A DNA stretch of 64,000 nucleotides. Origin: a virus. The translations under genes were made by a program, and so were the position numbers. This document shows positions 45,994-56,638 of this stretch, piece after piece (the stretch's first letter is position 1; every line of letters starts with the position of its first letter). The notes under the pieces are model-generated. The model searched no databases. It saw only the letters and a program-made list of their open reading frames with translations, and was not told the DNA's origin. The stretch lies in IMG/VR virus record IMGVR_UViG_3300029305_003442; one strand, given 5' to 3'.

Positions 45994-47184
45994 TTAACTA
46001 CTCCTTATTAATACTAATTTATCTTTAGCTCTTGTGATTGCTGTATATAACCATTTTTGATGTTCTTCTTTATTGAATGGAAATCTTTCTTCAAATACTA
46101 AAACTTTATTCCATTCACTACCTTGTGCTTTATGACAGGTAATAGCATAAGCATATGCAAAATCATATGGTGGCTCTAAATCACAATTTTTATTTTTTTT
46201 CATTTTATATATTTCAATTGGAGTTAATGTTGAAGTATTATTAACTAAATAATTATAATCAATTGGAATATTCATAAAAGTATCATCTTCAAAATCCATA
46301 TGAGTCATCATATATTCAATTGGTGCCGTTCTAATATATCTAAATGTATATTTATTTTGTTTAAAAAAAGAATCTATTGTTCCAATAGAGCCATTTGTGA
46401 GTGGCCAATTTCCATTAGCAGAATAGAATTCCCAATGATTAGATAGACTGATAATCTTATCTCCGACACATGGCTCTGGGCCATATCCCTTTTTTTCTCT
46501 AATAAAATTATTTATGTAATTTCTTGTATCATTAGTGGCGCAAAGAATTTGGTCTGCCCAATCATACATTCCAGTACAAATTTCGTTTTTAGAAAATAAT
46601 TTTACTTGTTCTCCTAATGCTTGAAAGCTACTTAAAGGCTTACCCTCTCTTACATGCATTGATAGTCTAATAATTTCACTATCTTGCGCTTGCCGCATAA
46701 TTTCATCAAGAAAAATATGCGGATTATCTAATACATGATTATTGTCTTCTGGATTTACAGGTGGTAACTGGCCGGGGTCGCCGCAAGCTAATACATATAT
46801 TTTATGACTTAATAACAAATCCCACATAGGCTTAGGTAACATAGATACTTCATCAACAACAATTACTTTATAAGCATCTTCTAAGTTTTTCCGTGGTTCA
46901 TGAATAAACTTTCCACTTGGTAATTGTTTAGAATAATAAAGTAATTTATGCGCAGTAGTAGCATTATAGCATCCTTTTTGTTTAAGAACAGTAGCTGCTT
47001 TACCAGTAAAAGCTATATAACAAACTTCAGTTACTGGGTCTACTGGTAAAGCTGAAATAATATATTTAATTAAAGTACTTTTACCACTACCAGCATATCC
47101 TGAAATTATAGTATATGGTTCTTTATCAAAATATCTTTTAATAGAAATAGTTAAACCTTCTGTTTGTTTATTTGTTAATATCAT
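45994..47184 (-). CDS. RecD/Dda-like SF1 DNA helicase
   Basis: GYAGSGKST Walker A; VVDEVSM; C-terminal ITCHKAQGSEW. Confidence 0.7.
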   Translation of the reverse strand: MILTNKQTEGLTISIKRYFDKEPYTIISGYAGSGKSTLIKYIISALPVDPVTEVCYIAFTGKAATVLKQKGCYNATTAHKLLYYSKQLPSGKFIHEPRKNLEDAYKVIVVDEVSMLPKPMWDLLLSHKIYVLACGDPGQLPPVNPEDNNHVLDNPHIFLDEIMRQAQDSEIIRLSMHVREGKPLSSFQALGEQVKLFSKNEICTGMYDWADQILCATNDTRNYINNFIREKKGYGPEPCVGDKIISLSNHWEFYSANGNWPLTNGSIGTIDSFFKQNKYTFRYIRTAPIEYMMTHMDFEDDTFMNIPIDYNYLVNNTSTLTPIEIYKMKKNKNCDLEPPYDFAYAYAITCHKAQGSEWNKVLVFEERFPFNKEEHQKWLYTAITRAKDKLVLIRSS

Positions 47185-47186
47185 TT

Positions 47187-47420
47187 TTAATCCTCTTTAT
47201 TATTTACATGAGCATGTACTAATTGTTCTAAACAATTATAAAAGTGCATTTTTTGAGTTTCTGCTTGATTATGTTCTTGTTCATAATCATGACTACGCTC
47301 TGCTTTTAATCTAGCAACTTCGTCACAGAGAATAGCATATCTAAAATAAATGCTATCAAAACCAAAATCTAATCTATCTTTATATAAATTTTCTAATGCT
47401 TTTTCCTCTATTGTAATCAT
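47187..47420 (-). CDS. Small hypothetical protein (77 aa)
   Basis: Track ORF. Confidence 0.35.
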   Translation of the reverse strand: MITIEEKALENLYKDRLDFGFDSIYFRYAILCDEVARLKAERSHDYEQEHNQAETQKMHFYNCLEQLVHAHVNNKED

Positions 47421-47776
47421 AAGTTAAACTCCTTTATAAAATTTTCGTACCATTTATCAATTTGCTCAAAAATTTCTAAATCACTTTTTTCTTTTGGTTT
47501 CTCGGTCTCAGCTTCCAACACCGGCCGGAGCAATTTTTCCTCCATTAAATAGACAGTATTCATTATATGGTCATATGTAAGCAATTTATTTTCAGTATCA
47601 TTAATCCTAGCATCTAAATTTCTCACCTAATCTTCTATTGTGTCTATACGACCGTAACGACCAAGTGCTTTAACTATATCTGTAACTTCATATAATGAAA
47701 TTCTATATTTATCTTCAAATTGATTTTCAAACCATGTGAAATTATCTTCACCAAGCTTTATTTGAGTTTGTATCAT
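47417..47776 (-). CDS. Hypothetical protein (119 aa, 1 TAG)
   Basis: ATG 47776; in frame with track ORF 47417-47626. Confidence 0.4.
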
Positions 47777-47815
47777 AAATATATTTACCCCTCACTTATT
47801 ATTATTTCTATATAT

Positions 47816-47844
47816 ATTATATCATATTTTTTTATAAAAATCAA
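47816..47844 (-). promoter_or_regulatory. Promoter-family member (TTGATT-17-TATAAT)
   Basis: fwd aatcaa 47839-47844, attata 47816-47821. Confidence 0.5.
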
Positions 47845-47846
47845 AA

Positions 47847-47869
47847 AGGGAAGATTTTATTCTTCCCTT
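47847..47869 (-). terminator. Hairpin terminator immediately upstream of promoter
   Basis: AAGGGAAGA-ttttat-TCTTCCCTT, T-run on minus strand. Confidence 0.4.
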
Positions 47870-48687
47870 ACAAAATATTCATATGCTTTTAAAGCATTTG
47901 TTTTTCTTACAGAATAATAAGCAGAATTGCAACGTTCATAACTTTTAGCAAAAGCTAGTGCTACTTCTTGAGCATCTTGTAATGCTAAAAACTTTTCATA
48001 TGAAAAATCTTTTTGATAAGCGCGCCCAAAAGTATTAATTTCATATTCAATAGTATCTCTTAAAAAATCACATTGCTCTTGTAAACTTCCACCCACAATA
48101 GAACTATAATATGTGGTATTCCATTGGCACATTCCATAATGAACTTTGCCACCATATAGCCAATATTGAATATCTAAAGTATTACCTCCAACTTCAGCCA
48201 TTATATTTCCTAAAATACCAGCAATTACATAATTATTATATCCTAAATTTTTTAAATATAACCAAATTTCTGTTGCTACTGGATAATCTGTTTTTCTTTC
48301 TAACCAGAAATTATAATCATTTGTATATTTAGTATATAATTCATGTGCTTCTTCCCATTCTCTTTTGGCTAATTGAATAATTAAATGATTATCTTCATAT
48401 CTAAGAGCCCGAGCCATTTCTGCCATTTGATGAGCAATTTCTTTTTTATCCTGATAGTAAGAAATTTTTGTTGTTAAAATTTCTAAATCATCGGTTTCAA
48501 TATATTCATGTGGAATAGTTTTTTCTGTTGAATATACTGGTTCACATTCTTCAGCCGGTACATCAGCTACACAAGTTGAAACTGGTGATAATATAATTGG
48601 TTCATCAGCTTTAATTAAAGTAGTATTTGGATTTATGTGAAAGAAAATAGATAAAGTTAAAGTGAATACAATAATATATTTTTTCAT
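47857..48687 (-). CDS. Secreted lysozyme-like protein (signal peptide MKKYIIVFTLTLSIFF; tail-tip-lysozyme-like motif AGILGNIMAEVGG ... GMCQWN); candidate endolysin
   Basis: Internal ATG 48687 with AGGAGA SD chosen over track start 48816, which overlaps the RecJ-like gene. Confidence 0.5.
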   Translation of the reverse strand: MKKYIIVFTLTLSIFFHINPNTTLIKADEPIILSPVSTCVADVPAEECEPVYSTEKTIPHEYIETDDLEILTTKISYYQDKKEIAHQMAEMARALRYEDNHLIIQLAKREWEEAHELYTKYTNDYNFWLERKTDYPVATEIWLYLKNLGYNNYVIAGILGNIMAEVGGNTLDIQYWLYGGKVHYGMCQWNTTYYSSIVGGSLQEQCDFLRDTIEYEINTFGRAYQKDFSYEKFLALQDAQEVALAFAKSYERCNSAYYSVRKTNALKAYEYFVREE

Positions 48688-48725
48688 AATTTTTCTCCTA
48701 ATATTTCTATTAGGTCTATCGTGTT

Positions 48726-50297
48726 TTAAAAATAGTATGTTTGTTTTCCTGTAATTTCGTAATCTTCTATAATAATTTGCGGACTTACAATACCATTCCA
48801 AATATTTCGCTCGCATTTGCCAACGATATTAATTGTTACACAACCTAAATTAGAATATAAAGATTCATATTCTTCTTTAGACGACCTGAATTTAATTAAA
48901 CTCATCCCATTTGGAAGTGTAATCTTTAGAGTAGGATTTTTATCTTCAGACATTAACTTTAAATTTTCATTATTAATTTTAATATTTTCAATCGCAATTA
49001 ATGGTTCTTCTACTCCTTGACCCCAAATTGTTTTTAAGTTGGCTAATTCTAAAACATCATTAACATTCATGTCATTATGATTAAAAATATAATCAACTTT
49101 ATAACTAGGGATAAACTCAAAATCCTTTAAATTATCATTAGCATATTCAATAAACTTATCAATTCTATCATTTGTAAAAGCGCATCCAAAGGCTTGAGCA
49201 TGACCTTCCGCAAATTCGTCAAGATGGCTTGATATAATAAATTCTCTAAAATTATCAAATTTAGAATTACTTAAACCTCTACCAGAACCTTCCCAAGAAT
49301 TATCATCTTGTTCATTTAAAAGTAATACTGGCTTTTGATATTTAGACATTAATTGATTTGCGATTAAGCCTGTTAAATTCTTATCAATAGAATATTTTTT
49401 TGGTAATTGAATTACTAAAATTTTATTTTTTAAAAGATTTTGTTCTTGAATGAGATTTTCAATTATTTCCAAGCTCGTGTCTCTTGCTTTAGTTTGTCTA
49501 TTTTTAATATTAGAGCAATTACGACAAGCTTGTTCTACCCTTGTCTCTGTTTGACCTTGACATCCACGCTTAGTTGAAGAAATCATTTTATAACCTAAAT
49601 GGTCTAACATAGATTCAAATAGAATTAGCTTTTCATTTTGCGTGCCAACCCGAATGGTTGCGTTGACATAAGGAGCAATATAAAAAGCTATACCGAATGG
49701 TGTTAACTCACCTTTTAATGAAAAGGCTTGTTTATCTACCATTCCTTTAAAAAATGGATTACGAACTTGTTTAATACCACATCTAATTAAATGTGTAGTT
49801 TCAAAATCTCGTAAATCCATCATATCTGCTACCATACCAAGAGCAACTAAATCAAGAAATTGATTAGCATAATCTACATCTAAAAGTTCATCAATATATG
49901 AACAAAATTTATAAACCATACCAACACCAGACAGTGATTTTGTAGGATAATCACATAGTTGATTATTAATTACGCAGGCATCTTCACATTCATATTCAGC
50001 TTCATGATGGTCAATAACTAATACATCTATATTTTTAGATTTTAATTCTTTACATTCATCATAGCTATTGGAACTAGAATCTGGAGCAATAACTAATTTA
50101 ATGTTATTAGTAATAGTTTCTGGAATTATACCATGCTGTTTTCCAGTATGTAATCTATAGTAGATATGATTTGACACAAAAGATGGAAATAAACAATTTA
50201 AATAGTTTATAAGAGCGGCAGCGCTTGTGAAGCCATCAGCATCACTATCTACTTGAATCATTATATCATCATTTTGTGCTATATGTTTAATAAGCAT
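48726..50297 (-). CDS. RecJ-like DHH-family ssDNA exonuclease
   Basis: DSDADGFTSAA and VIDHHEA DHH motifs. Confidence 0.65.
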   Translation of the reverse strand: MLIKHIAQNDDIMIQVDSDADGFTSAAALINYLNCLFPSFVSNHIYYRLHTGKQHGIIPETITNNIKLVIAPDSSSNSYDECKELKSKNIDVLVIDHHEAEYECEDACVINNQLCDYPTKSLSGVGMVYKFCSYIDELLDVDYANQFLDLVALGMVADMMDLRDFETTHLIRCGIKQVRNPFFKGMVDKQAFSLKGELTPFGIAFYIAPYVNATIRVGTQNEKLILFESMLDHLGYKMISSTKRGCQGQTETRVEQACRNCSNIKNRQTKARDTSLEIIENLIQEQNLLKNKILVIQLPKKYSIDKNLTGLIANQLMSKYQKPVLLLNEQDDNSWEGSGRGLSNSKFDNFREFIISSHLDEFAEGHAQAFGCAFTNDRIDKFIEYANDNLKDFEFIPSYKVDYIFNHNDMNVNDVLELANLKTIWGQGVEEPLIAIENIKINNENLKLMSEDKNPTLKITLPNGMSLIKFRSSKEEYESLYSNLGCVTINIVGKCERNIWNGIVSPQIIIEDYEITGKQTYYF

Positions 50298-50487
50298 TTT
50301 AGCTCCATTATTAATATTTTTAATTAAAGAAGGAGATAAAATGTCATTATCAGTTGTATTGAGGTAATGCTATACCTCTGCCAGAGGAATTCCTCTATTT
50401 GTTAATACTCTCTATACCGCAGTTAATTTTATTTTTTGTGGAATAGATGAATCTATAAGCTTATATTCCATATTTATCACTCCTATT

Positions 50488-50790
50488 TTAATAGAAATTA
50501 TAAGCAGTAAAAGGAGGAGCGCTTGTACTAGGTCTAATGATATTATGTCTTATTTCTACTGGAATATTATTATCTATATAAGATATATTACATTTAACGC
50601 CACGACTTAATTCAGTAGCTTTTTTTACCATCCAGTAATCGCCATTAGTAAAATGTACTTCATATTTATATTTATTACATTGTACATCTTCAATAATATT
50701 TTCACCATAATATCGTACATAACTGTCTATAATTTCAGTTAATTTATTACAAGCATATTCAAATGTATTTCCCCAAACTATACCTTTCAT
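50488..50790 (-). CDS. Hypothetical protein (100 aa)
   Basis: Track ORF, ATGA overlap with primase stop. Confidence 0.4.
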   Translation of the reverse strand: MKGIVWGNTFEYACNKLTEIIDSYVRYYGENIIEDVQCNKYKYEVHFTNGDYWMVKKATELSRGVKCNISYIDNNIPVEIRHNIIRPSTSAPPFTAYNFY

Positions 50791-51887
50791 AAAATTATTC
50801 TCTCCTTAAACAATTGTAAAAATTTATCCATTCCTTCATCTATTGGACTTGCTTTATAATTAGTTATCATATTTTTATCAAAAATAAATGAAATATTTAC
50901 AAAATTCTTATATTTAGAATATAATTGTAATAAATTCTTTTTTAAGTGTTTAAATTCATCATCGCCTATTTGTTGAAATTGTCTGTCAAAAGCAACAATA
51001 ATTTCTTGCACTCCCATTTCTATTAATAATTGAATTTGATAAGATGAAATACTACTACCACAACAAGAAACACTAATATCATTTTCTTCACCGAAATAAG
51101 AACGATATAAAAGATTAGATTTTTCGCCTTCAAACACAATAGCTTTTTTCATAATTTTAATATTATCTTTACTGTGATTTAAATTGTATAAATTCATTCC
51201 AAGAGGATGATTATATAACTGTTTATTAACTTTAATTGGCCTATATTTTCCATATCGTTCAGCATCATCGGCGCAAAGTGTGCGGCCGCGCAGCCCCACG
51301 AATCTATTATCTTTATCAAAATGAGGAATCGTGATTTGGTCGCCTCCTGGATAATAACCAATACGAGCATTTTTCATTGTCTCTAAACTAATTCCTTCTT
51401 TAATCCAAGGACTAATTATTACATTATAATTAAATCTATCAAGAATATTATTATCATATTCTTTTAAAATAATATTATTAGTTTTTAATTCAATTTCTTG
51501 AATTCGTTCATAATTAGAAAAATATTTCCAATCTTCTAAATCAGATTGATTATCTTCTTCTATAGAACCAGAAATACCAAATTTTTGAGCAATCCAACGA
51601 ATAGCATCATTTAAATCAAATACTTGATTATGTTGAATTTTCATAATTTTTATAACTAATTCAAAAATATCAAAATAAGCATCACAACCAGTATAACATT
51701 TAAATAAATTACTATTTTCATAATAATATAATTTTCTACTTCCTTCTCCGGGGTAATTATGGCAAATGGTGGAGGATAAAATGCCAAAATTTGAATATTC
51801 TGGTTCTCCTCCCCATTCTTGTAATAAATCATATATATTATGAATTGTTAAATTATCTCTAATTTCATTCTTATCAAATACTATCAT
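50787..51887 (-). CDS. DNA primase (zinc-binding CHC2-type finger + TOPRIM)
   Basis: CHNYPGEG...KCYTGCDAYFDIFE; IVFEGEKS / VAFDRQ. Confidence 0.65.
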   Translation of the reverse strand: MIVFDKNEIRDNLTIHNIYDLLQEWGGEPEYSNFGILSSTICHNYPGEGSRKLYYYENSNLFKCYTGCDAYFDIFELVIKIMKIQHNQVFDLNDAIRWIAQKFGISGSIEEDNQSDLEDWKYFSNYERIQEIELKTNNIILKEYDNNILDRFNYNVIISPWIKEGISLETMKNARIGYYPGGDQITIPHFDKDNRFVGLRGRTLCADDAERYGKYRPIKVNKQLYNHPLGMNLYNLNHSKDNIKIMKKAIVFEGEKSNLLYRSYFGEENDISVSCCGSSISSYQIQLLIEMGVQEIIVAFDRQFQQIGDDEFKHLKKNLLQLYSKYKNFVNISFIFDKNMITNYKASPIDEGMDKFLQLFKERIIL

Positions 51888-52060
51888 TAAAAAGTTAATA
51901 CGCGGGTAACAGGTCTAAGAAGACCATATTGCTCATTGACTACCTTACAAAGATATTCATTAGGACGCATTTTCTTATCAAGCCCATCACGACTTCTTAA
52001 AAGTTCCTTAGCTAATTCTTCAGGCATCTTATACTCAAAATAAGCATTCTTGTTTTCCAT
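51887..52060 (-). CDS. Small hypothetical protein (57 aa)
   Basis: GAGGT SD; ATG 52060 to TAA 51887-51889. Confidence 0.3.
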   Translation of the reverse strand: MENKNAYFEYKMPEELAKELLRSRDGLDKKMRPNEYLCKVVNEQYGLLRPVTRVLTF

Positions 52061-52074
52061 AATTATTACCTCTC

Positions 52075-53616
52075 TTATTCATTATATTCAAAAGCTGATT
52101 CTTCATCTAATTTAATTTTGATATCTTTCATATCTATTAATTCATAATCATATGAAGTACAAAACATAGGTTGAATTCTACAACAACCCAAATCTGCTTT
52201 ACACCATAAATAAACACCTTTATAACGTCCTCGTCTATTTTTATAAACAGACAATTTAATTGTGGGTTTATCAAAAACATTAGTTGCTAAAATTGTTTCT
52301 AAAGCTTGAATATCTTCTTCTTTTACATTTAATAAAATCGCACCCACGTCAATTTTATCGGCAATTGCTTTAGCACCTCTCAGTAATGTTTGGTCTGGAG
52401 TTTTTGATTCGGCAAAATCACCATTTAACTGCGTTGCTGACATAATAAACACTCCATATTGATTACAAATATCTTTTAATCGTGTAGATAACATAAATAA
52501 AATATTATCTTCACGCAATTTAATACCGCCACTTCTTCGCGTTATTTCTTCAAGAATTTTTAAACTTGTATGAATATAGTCATGAAAAATATAATATACA
52601 TCATGGTCACGAATATTTCTTTTAATTGTATTTTCTACATCTTTTAAAGAAAAATCTGGCAATTCTTCTACATAAAGTGGAGCATTAGATAAGATTTTAG
52701 CTGCTTCTAAAACCCTTTCTTCTTCATTACCATCATATTGACCATTTAAAATATGCTCTTCATTAACATTAGATATAAAAGCTAACATCATAGTTTGAAC
52801 TTCTTCAAGTTCCTGTTCTGTTGTAATGAACAATACTGGTCTATTAACACCACAACTAATCCATCCAAAAGATTCATCATAAATTTTATTACAAGCAATA
52901 TAACAAGCATCAGCTATCATACTTCTTGTTTTTCCAACACCTGTAGCTGCTGAACGCAAATAAAATTTTTTTAATCTTGCTCCACGAGTAACTGTATTAA
53001 TCAATGGTCCATATAATGGAACACCAACTTCTGGATGTTGTTTAAATTTATCAATCAATTCAAAAATTCCATCGGCGGCTTGACTGGCTTCTCCATCACT
53101 ATCATCCACATATTGAAGTCTAATATTATCAATTTTTTTATCAACTTGGTCAGCAATCTCTTCAAGATTTACATTATCCAACCAATCTTCTTGAATTTGT
53201 TTCTTTTTTACATCAAGAATATTATTTGGGTCATATAAATCAGAAATATCAATGCCGCAATTATCATAAGCTCTTAAAAGAGTGAACTTTTTTAATCTAT
53301 TATAATAATAATCAAATGTTGAACTCATACAAGTTTCAGCAGCTTTTAAAATCCACTCTTCACCTTTTTGTTGTTTATATATTGCCGCACTTTTTGGTCT
53401 ATTGGATAGAAAATCTGATATATTTTCTAATGTAATTTTTTTTGCTCCCAATTCATAAATTTTATAAATTGCTCCAAAAATTATACGATGGAATTCATCT
53501 GGAAAATCTTCATCTGTAATAATATATTTATCAGTAAAATCTAAAATTTGCGGTGTATTATATACACATCCAATTACTTGAATAATTGCTTGTATATCTA
53601 CATATTGTGATGCCAT
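52075..53616 (-). CDS. DnaB-family replicative helicase
   Basis: N-terminal DnaB-like helical domain; ATGVGKT Walker A; 513 aa; no TAG. Confidence 0.7.
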   Translation of the reverse strand: MASQYVDIQAIIQVIGCVYNTPQILDFTDKYIITDEDFPDEFHRIIFGAIYKIYELGAKKITLENISDFLSNRPKSAAIYKQQKGEEWILKAAETCMSSTFDYYYNRLKKFTLLRAYDNCGIDISDLYDPNNILDVKKKQIQEDWLDNVNLEEIADQVDKKIDNIRLQYVDDSDGEASQAADGIFELIDKFKQHPEVGVPLYGPLINTVTRGARLKKFYLRSAATGVGKTRSMIADACYIACNKIYDESFGWISCGVNRPVLFITTEQELEEVQTMMLAFISNVNEEHILNGQYDGNEEERVLEAAKILSNAPLYVEELPDFSLKDVENTIKRNIRDHDVYYIFHDYIHTSLKILEEITRRSGGIKLREDNILFMLSTRLKDICNQYGVFIMSATQLNGDFAESKTPDQTLLRGAKAIADKIDVGAILLNVKEEDIQALETILATNVFDKPTIKLSVYKNRRGRYKGVYLWCKADLGCCRIQPMFCTSYDYELIDMKDIKIKLDEESAFEYNE

Positions 53617-53630
53617 TAAACATCATCCTC

Positions 53631-54146
53631 CTATTCTTCATCCAAAAACGTAAATAATTTTCTTTTTGGCTTAATTTTTCGTTTTGGAATTGGAATAATT
53701 ATTTCTTGTACTTCCGGCACATATTCTTTAATTACTTTATTTTCATTTTTTTGTTTAGCTTCCCATAAGCTATAATAATAATTAAAAGCATTTTGATACA
53801 CATATGGAACTATACCTATACCACCATTTGCTTTTTCAATATCACCATTTTTAACTTCATAATGATAAACTAATGCTTTTTGAATTCCAGAATATGTATA
53901 TTTATAATTATTTATATATTCATTAATTTGTTTACGAATACGAGCATCCACATATGAAATATTAAATAATTTCATAATATAATTTTCTAAATCATTTTTT
54001 TCTTTTTCAAGTTGTTCTTGTTCTTTTTGCTTTAAATCAAAACAATTTTTATGAGCATACCGACGAGAACTAGTATTTATATATTGTTCTGTATTAGCAT
54101 CAAATTGCTAACCGCAAATAGAACATTTTACTAAATGTTTAGCCAT
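53631..54146 (-). CDS. Hypothetical protein (171 aa, N-terminal CSICG zinc motif, 1 TAG at 54108-54110)
   Basis: ATG 54146 with GAAAGGAG SD; in frame with track ORF 53631-53975. Confidence 0.4.
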
Positions 54147-54181
54147 TGAATACTCCTTTCATTTTTATATTTTATATAAAT

Positions 54182-54210
54182 ATTATACCATATTTTTATA
54201 TAAAAATCAA
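54182..54210 (-). promoter_or_regulatory. Promoter-family member (TTGATT-17-TATAAT)
   Basis: fwd aatcaa 54205-54210, attata 54182-54187. Confidence 0.5.
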
Positions 54211-54236
54211 GGCAAGATTTTTCAACCTTGCCTTTT
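54209..54236 (-). terminator. Hairpin terminator directly upstream of promoter
   Basis: AAGGCAAG-atttttcaac-CTTGCCTT. Confidence 0.35.
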
Positions 54237-54243
54237 ATATTTA

Positions 54244-55233
54244 TTAACCAAGTAATTCGTCTTTAATTTCCAAAACAATCAAATGAATAAATTCAGCTTG
54301 GTCTCTAGTTGTTTCAGCAATTTTCTTACCCTTACCAAGATATTTATCAATAATCTGAGTAATACGAGGACCAAAGAAATTGGGGTCTTTATTCATTAAA
54401 TCACCGACAATAGCTTGGAATTCAGCCATAAGAGCATCGTAATCATATTCATTAAGAATTACATCAGCATTTCTCTCATTTGTAACATAAGCATTGTTGG
54501 TTGCGGCGGCTTCCTTATCAATAGCCTCAGTAAGAGCAGCGGTAAGTGCGTCATAAGTAAAATCAATTTCAGAAGCAATATACTTAAAACGACAACCACA
54601 GCGGACACTATTATCACTAGAACGAAGCGTTAATACCATACGAGTATTTCCGTTATCATCAACTTTAGGATGCGCATAACCAATAATGTCACTCATATTT
54701 TCAATAATAGCAAGAGCAGAAGACTGGATAGAAGAACCAATTTGCTGATATTCTTTAGAATTCTGCGGAGAAATTGTCTTTTCTTTATCATGAGAAATAA
54801 ATACTACCGCATAACCCAATTGAGTTAAAGTTCTAAAAACATCTTCAAATTCTTTCTTATACTTAGACCAACCATTGGTACTCCAACCGCCATCACCAAT
54901 ATTTTCAATACCAAGCTGATTACAGATATATTTCTGACAGCATTCAGCAGCAATATCGGCAGTATCAACAATAATACTCTTATAAACTTCCTTTACTTCT
55001 GGCCTCTTTAATTCACGAACTACCTACTTCATATCGCCCCAGCTAGTAATATCCTGAGCGATTACACCAGGTAGAGCATTATATCCTCGCTCAAAAGCAA
55101 GAAGTAGTGCTCCAGGCATCTTTGAGCCAAATGTGGTTTTACCACACTTGGCAGGCCCATAAATAAAGGTAATATAGCCACTCAAATCGCGGCTTACTTT
55201 GTGAGGAGTCAAACCTAAAAGATTAATAGCCAT
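54244..55233 (-). CDS. Sak4-like RecA-family ATPase (AAA_24), ssDNA-annealing/recombination; 1 TAG at 55024-55026
   Basis: ITFIYGPAKCGKTT Walker A; track ORFs 55024-55233 and 54244-54819 are the same frame (990 nt). Confidence 0.6.
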
Positions 55234-55253
55234 TTTTAATTACCTCCATTTAA

Positions 55254-56186
55254 TTAAAACTTAAAAGTATCATTAGAAGCAGCCTGCGGAATCGCATTCT
55301 GACTAGCCTTATATTCTTCCTGACGCTGCTTAACAGTAGCCAGATAAGTTTCACGAGCAGCCATTGCTTCCTTCAATTCAGTAGCAGTAATACCACTATC
55401 ATCATCCCAAAGATAAGGCTCCTTGGCAGCACCAGTAATTACAAAATCACGATGAGAAGTAGGCGTTTCCTTAACGAGAGTATCACCAAACGCAGATTCC
55501 TCAGTAGTCTTTTTTACAATAGTTTCAGAAATCTAACGACCCCAAATCTTTGTAAACACAGGATTACTCTTAGAAGCATTCAAATCTTCAAAATAATTCA
55601 TTGCATTAGGATTAAGTGCAGTAAATTCAAAAGGAAGAAGTGCCTTACTAAAATCAAAAATATAACCCTTAACAACTACCTTTTCAGGCTGCTCCTTTTC
55701 AGGATTTGCTTCAATACGTGCCGCACCCTCAATAAGCATATCGCATTCAAAAGTATTGCGAGTCTTTTCATCTTCTGCCAAACTATCAGTAAGATGTACA
55801 AAACCGCCTTCATTGCGCTTAGCACTTACCAATTCATCTGTTCCATTTCTATTGGAATAAAATTCATTCAGTCCAAGAGCAGAATCAATTCTTACCTTAC
55901 CTGCCTTATCAGGACCATCCTTCATATAAGTTCCAATAGCACCATCAATAATTGCTTTAAGAGTTGTATAGGTGGCATTCGGAGAACCCTTCTTTGTAGT
56001 TGCAGTTACATATGAAAAATGAACAGGAACAACATTAGTTACTGCGTTATCAGTTGCTACACTCAAAGTACCGGAAATAAATTCAGTTCCAGGATTCTTA
56101 GACTGCTTTCCAGAAACCTTAACTTCAAGAGCGTGTTCATAAATAATACCTTCAATATGTGTCTTATTAATAAGATTAGCTTTCAT
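55254..56186 (-). CDS. Putative ssDNA-binding protein (SSB/DUF2815-like), 310 aa, 1 TAG
   Basis: Track ORF 55533-56186 continues in frame past TAG for 92 codons to TAA; acidic DDDSG tail region; adjacent to Sak4. Confidence 0.4.
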
Positions 56187-56217
56187 AATTTAATTTTCTC
56201 CTTAATTAATACATTTT

Positions 56218-56583
56218 TTAATTAATTTCAATATTTTTTCCATTTTCAGTTAAAGAATAAATTGTGGGGTCTTGACCTACTTTTTCTACAAAGCCATCTG
56301 TTACAAGTTTTCTCATAGCTCCTGAAACTGTTTTTGAAGAAATAAAAAGTCCTTCTCCAATATCCTTTGCTTTCCAATTTTCAGTATCAAGATTATCTTT
56401 CATATACTGAAGAACAAGTTTACCATTGTCTGTAAACATTGGCTTCTCAGTTACCTCAATATTTTTAAATACTTTCCAATAAGCCAATGCTTCTTCGTTC
56501 ATTGGAGTAGGATATGCTTCAATTGCCATTTCAACATACTTAATAAATTCTGCTTTTTTAGACATTTTAAAACTCACTTTCAA
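56218..56583 (-). CDS. Hypothetical winged-helix-like protein (121 aa)
   Basis: Track ORF. Confidence 0.4.
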   Translation of the reverse strand: MKVSFKMSKKAEFIKYVEMAIEAYPTPMNEEALAYWKVFKNIEVTEKPMFTDNGKLVLQYMKDNLDTENWKAKDIGEGLFISSKTVSGAMRKLVTDGFVEKVGQDPTIYSLTENGKNIEIN

Positions 56584-56609
56584 ATTATCTTTTTTAATTT
56601 TCTATAAAT

Positions 56610-56638
56610 ATTATATCATATTTTTTTATAAAAATCAA
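56610..56638 (-). promoter_or_regulatory. Promoter-family member (TTGATT-17-TATAAT)
   Basis: fwd aatcaa 56633-56638, attata 56610-56615. Confidence 0.5.

Noticed and set aside
47857-48816. Track start at 48816 for the lysozyme-like gene (N-terminal MRAKYLEWYCK...)
   Set aside because: That extension overlaps the 3' end of the RecJ-like gene in another frame; an internal ATG at 48687 with AGGAGA SD begins a classical signal peptide.
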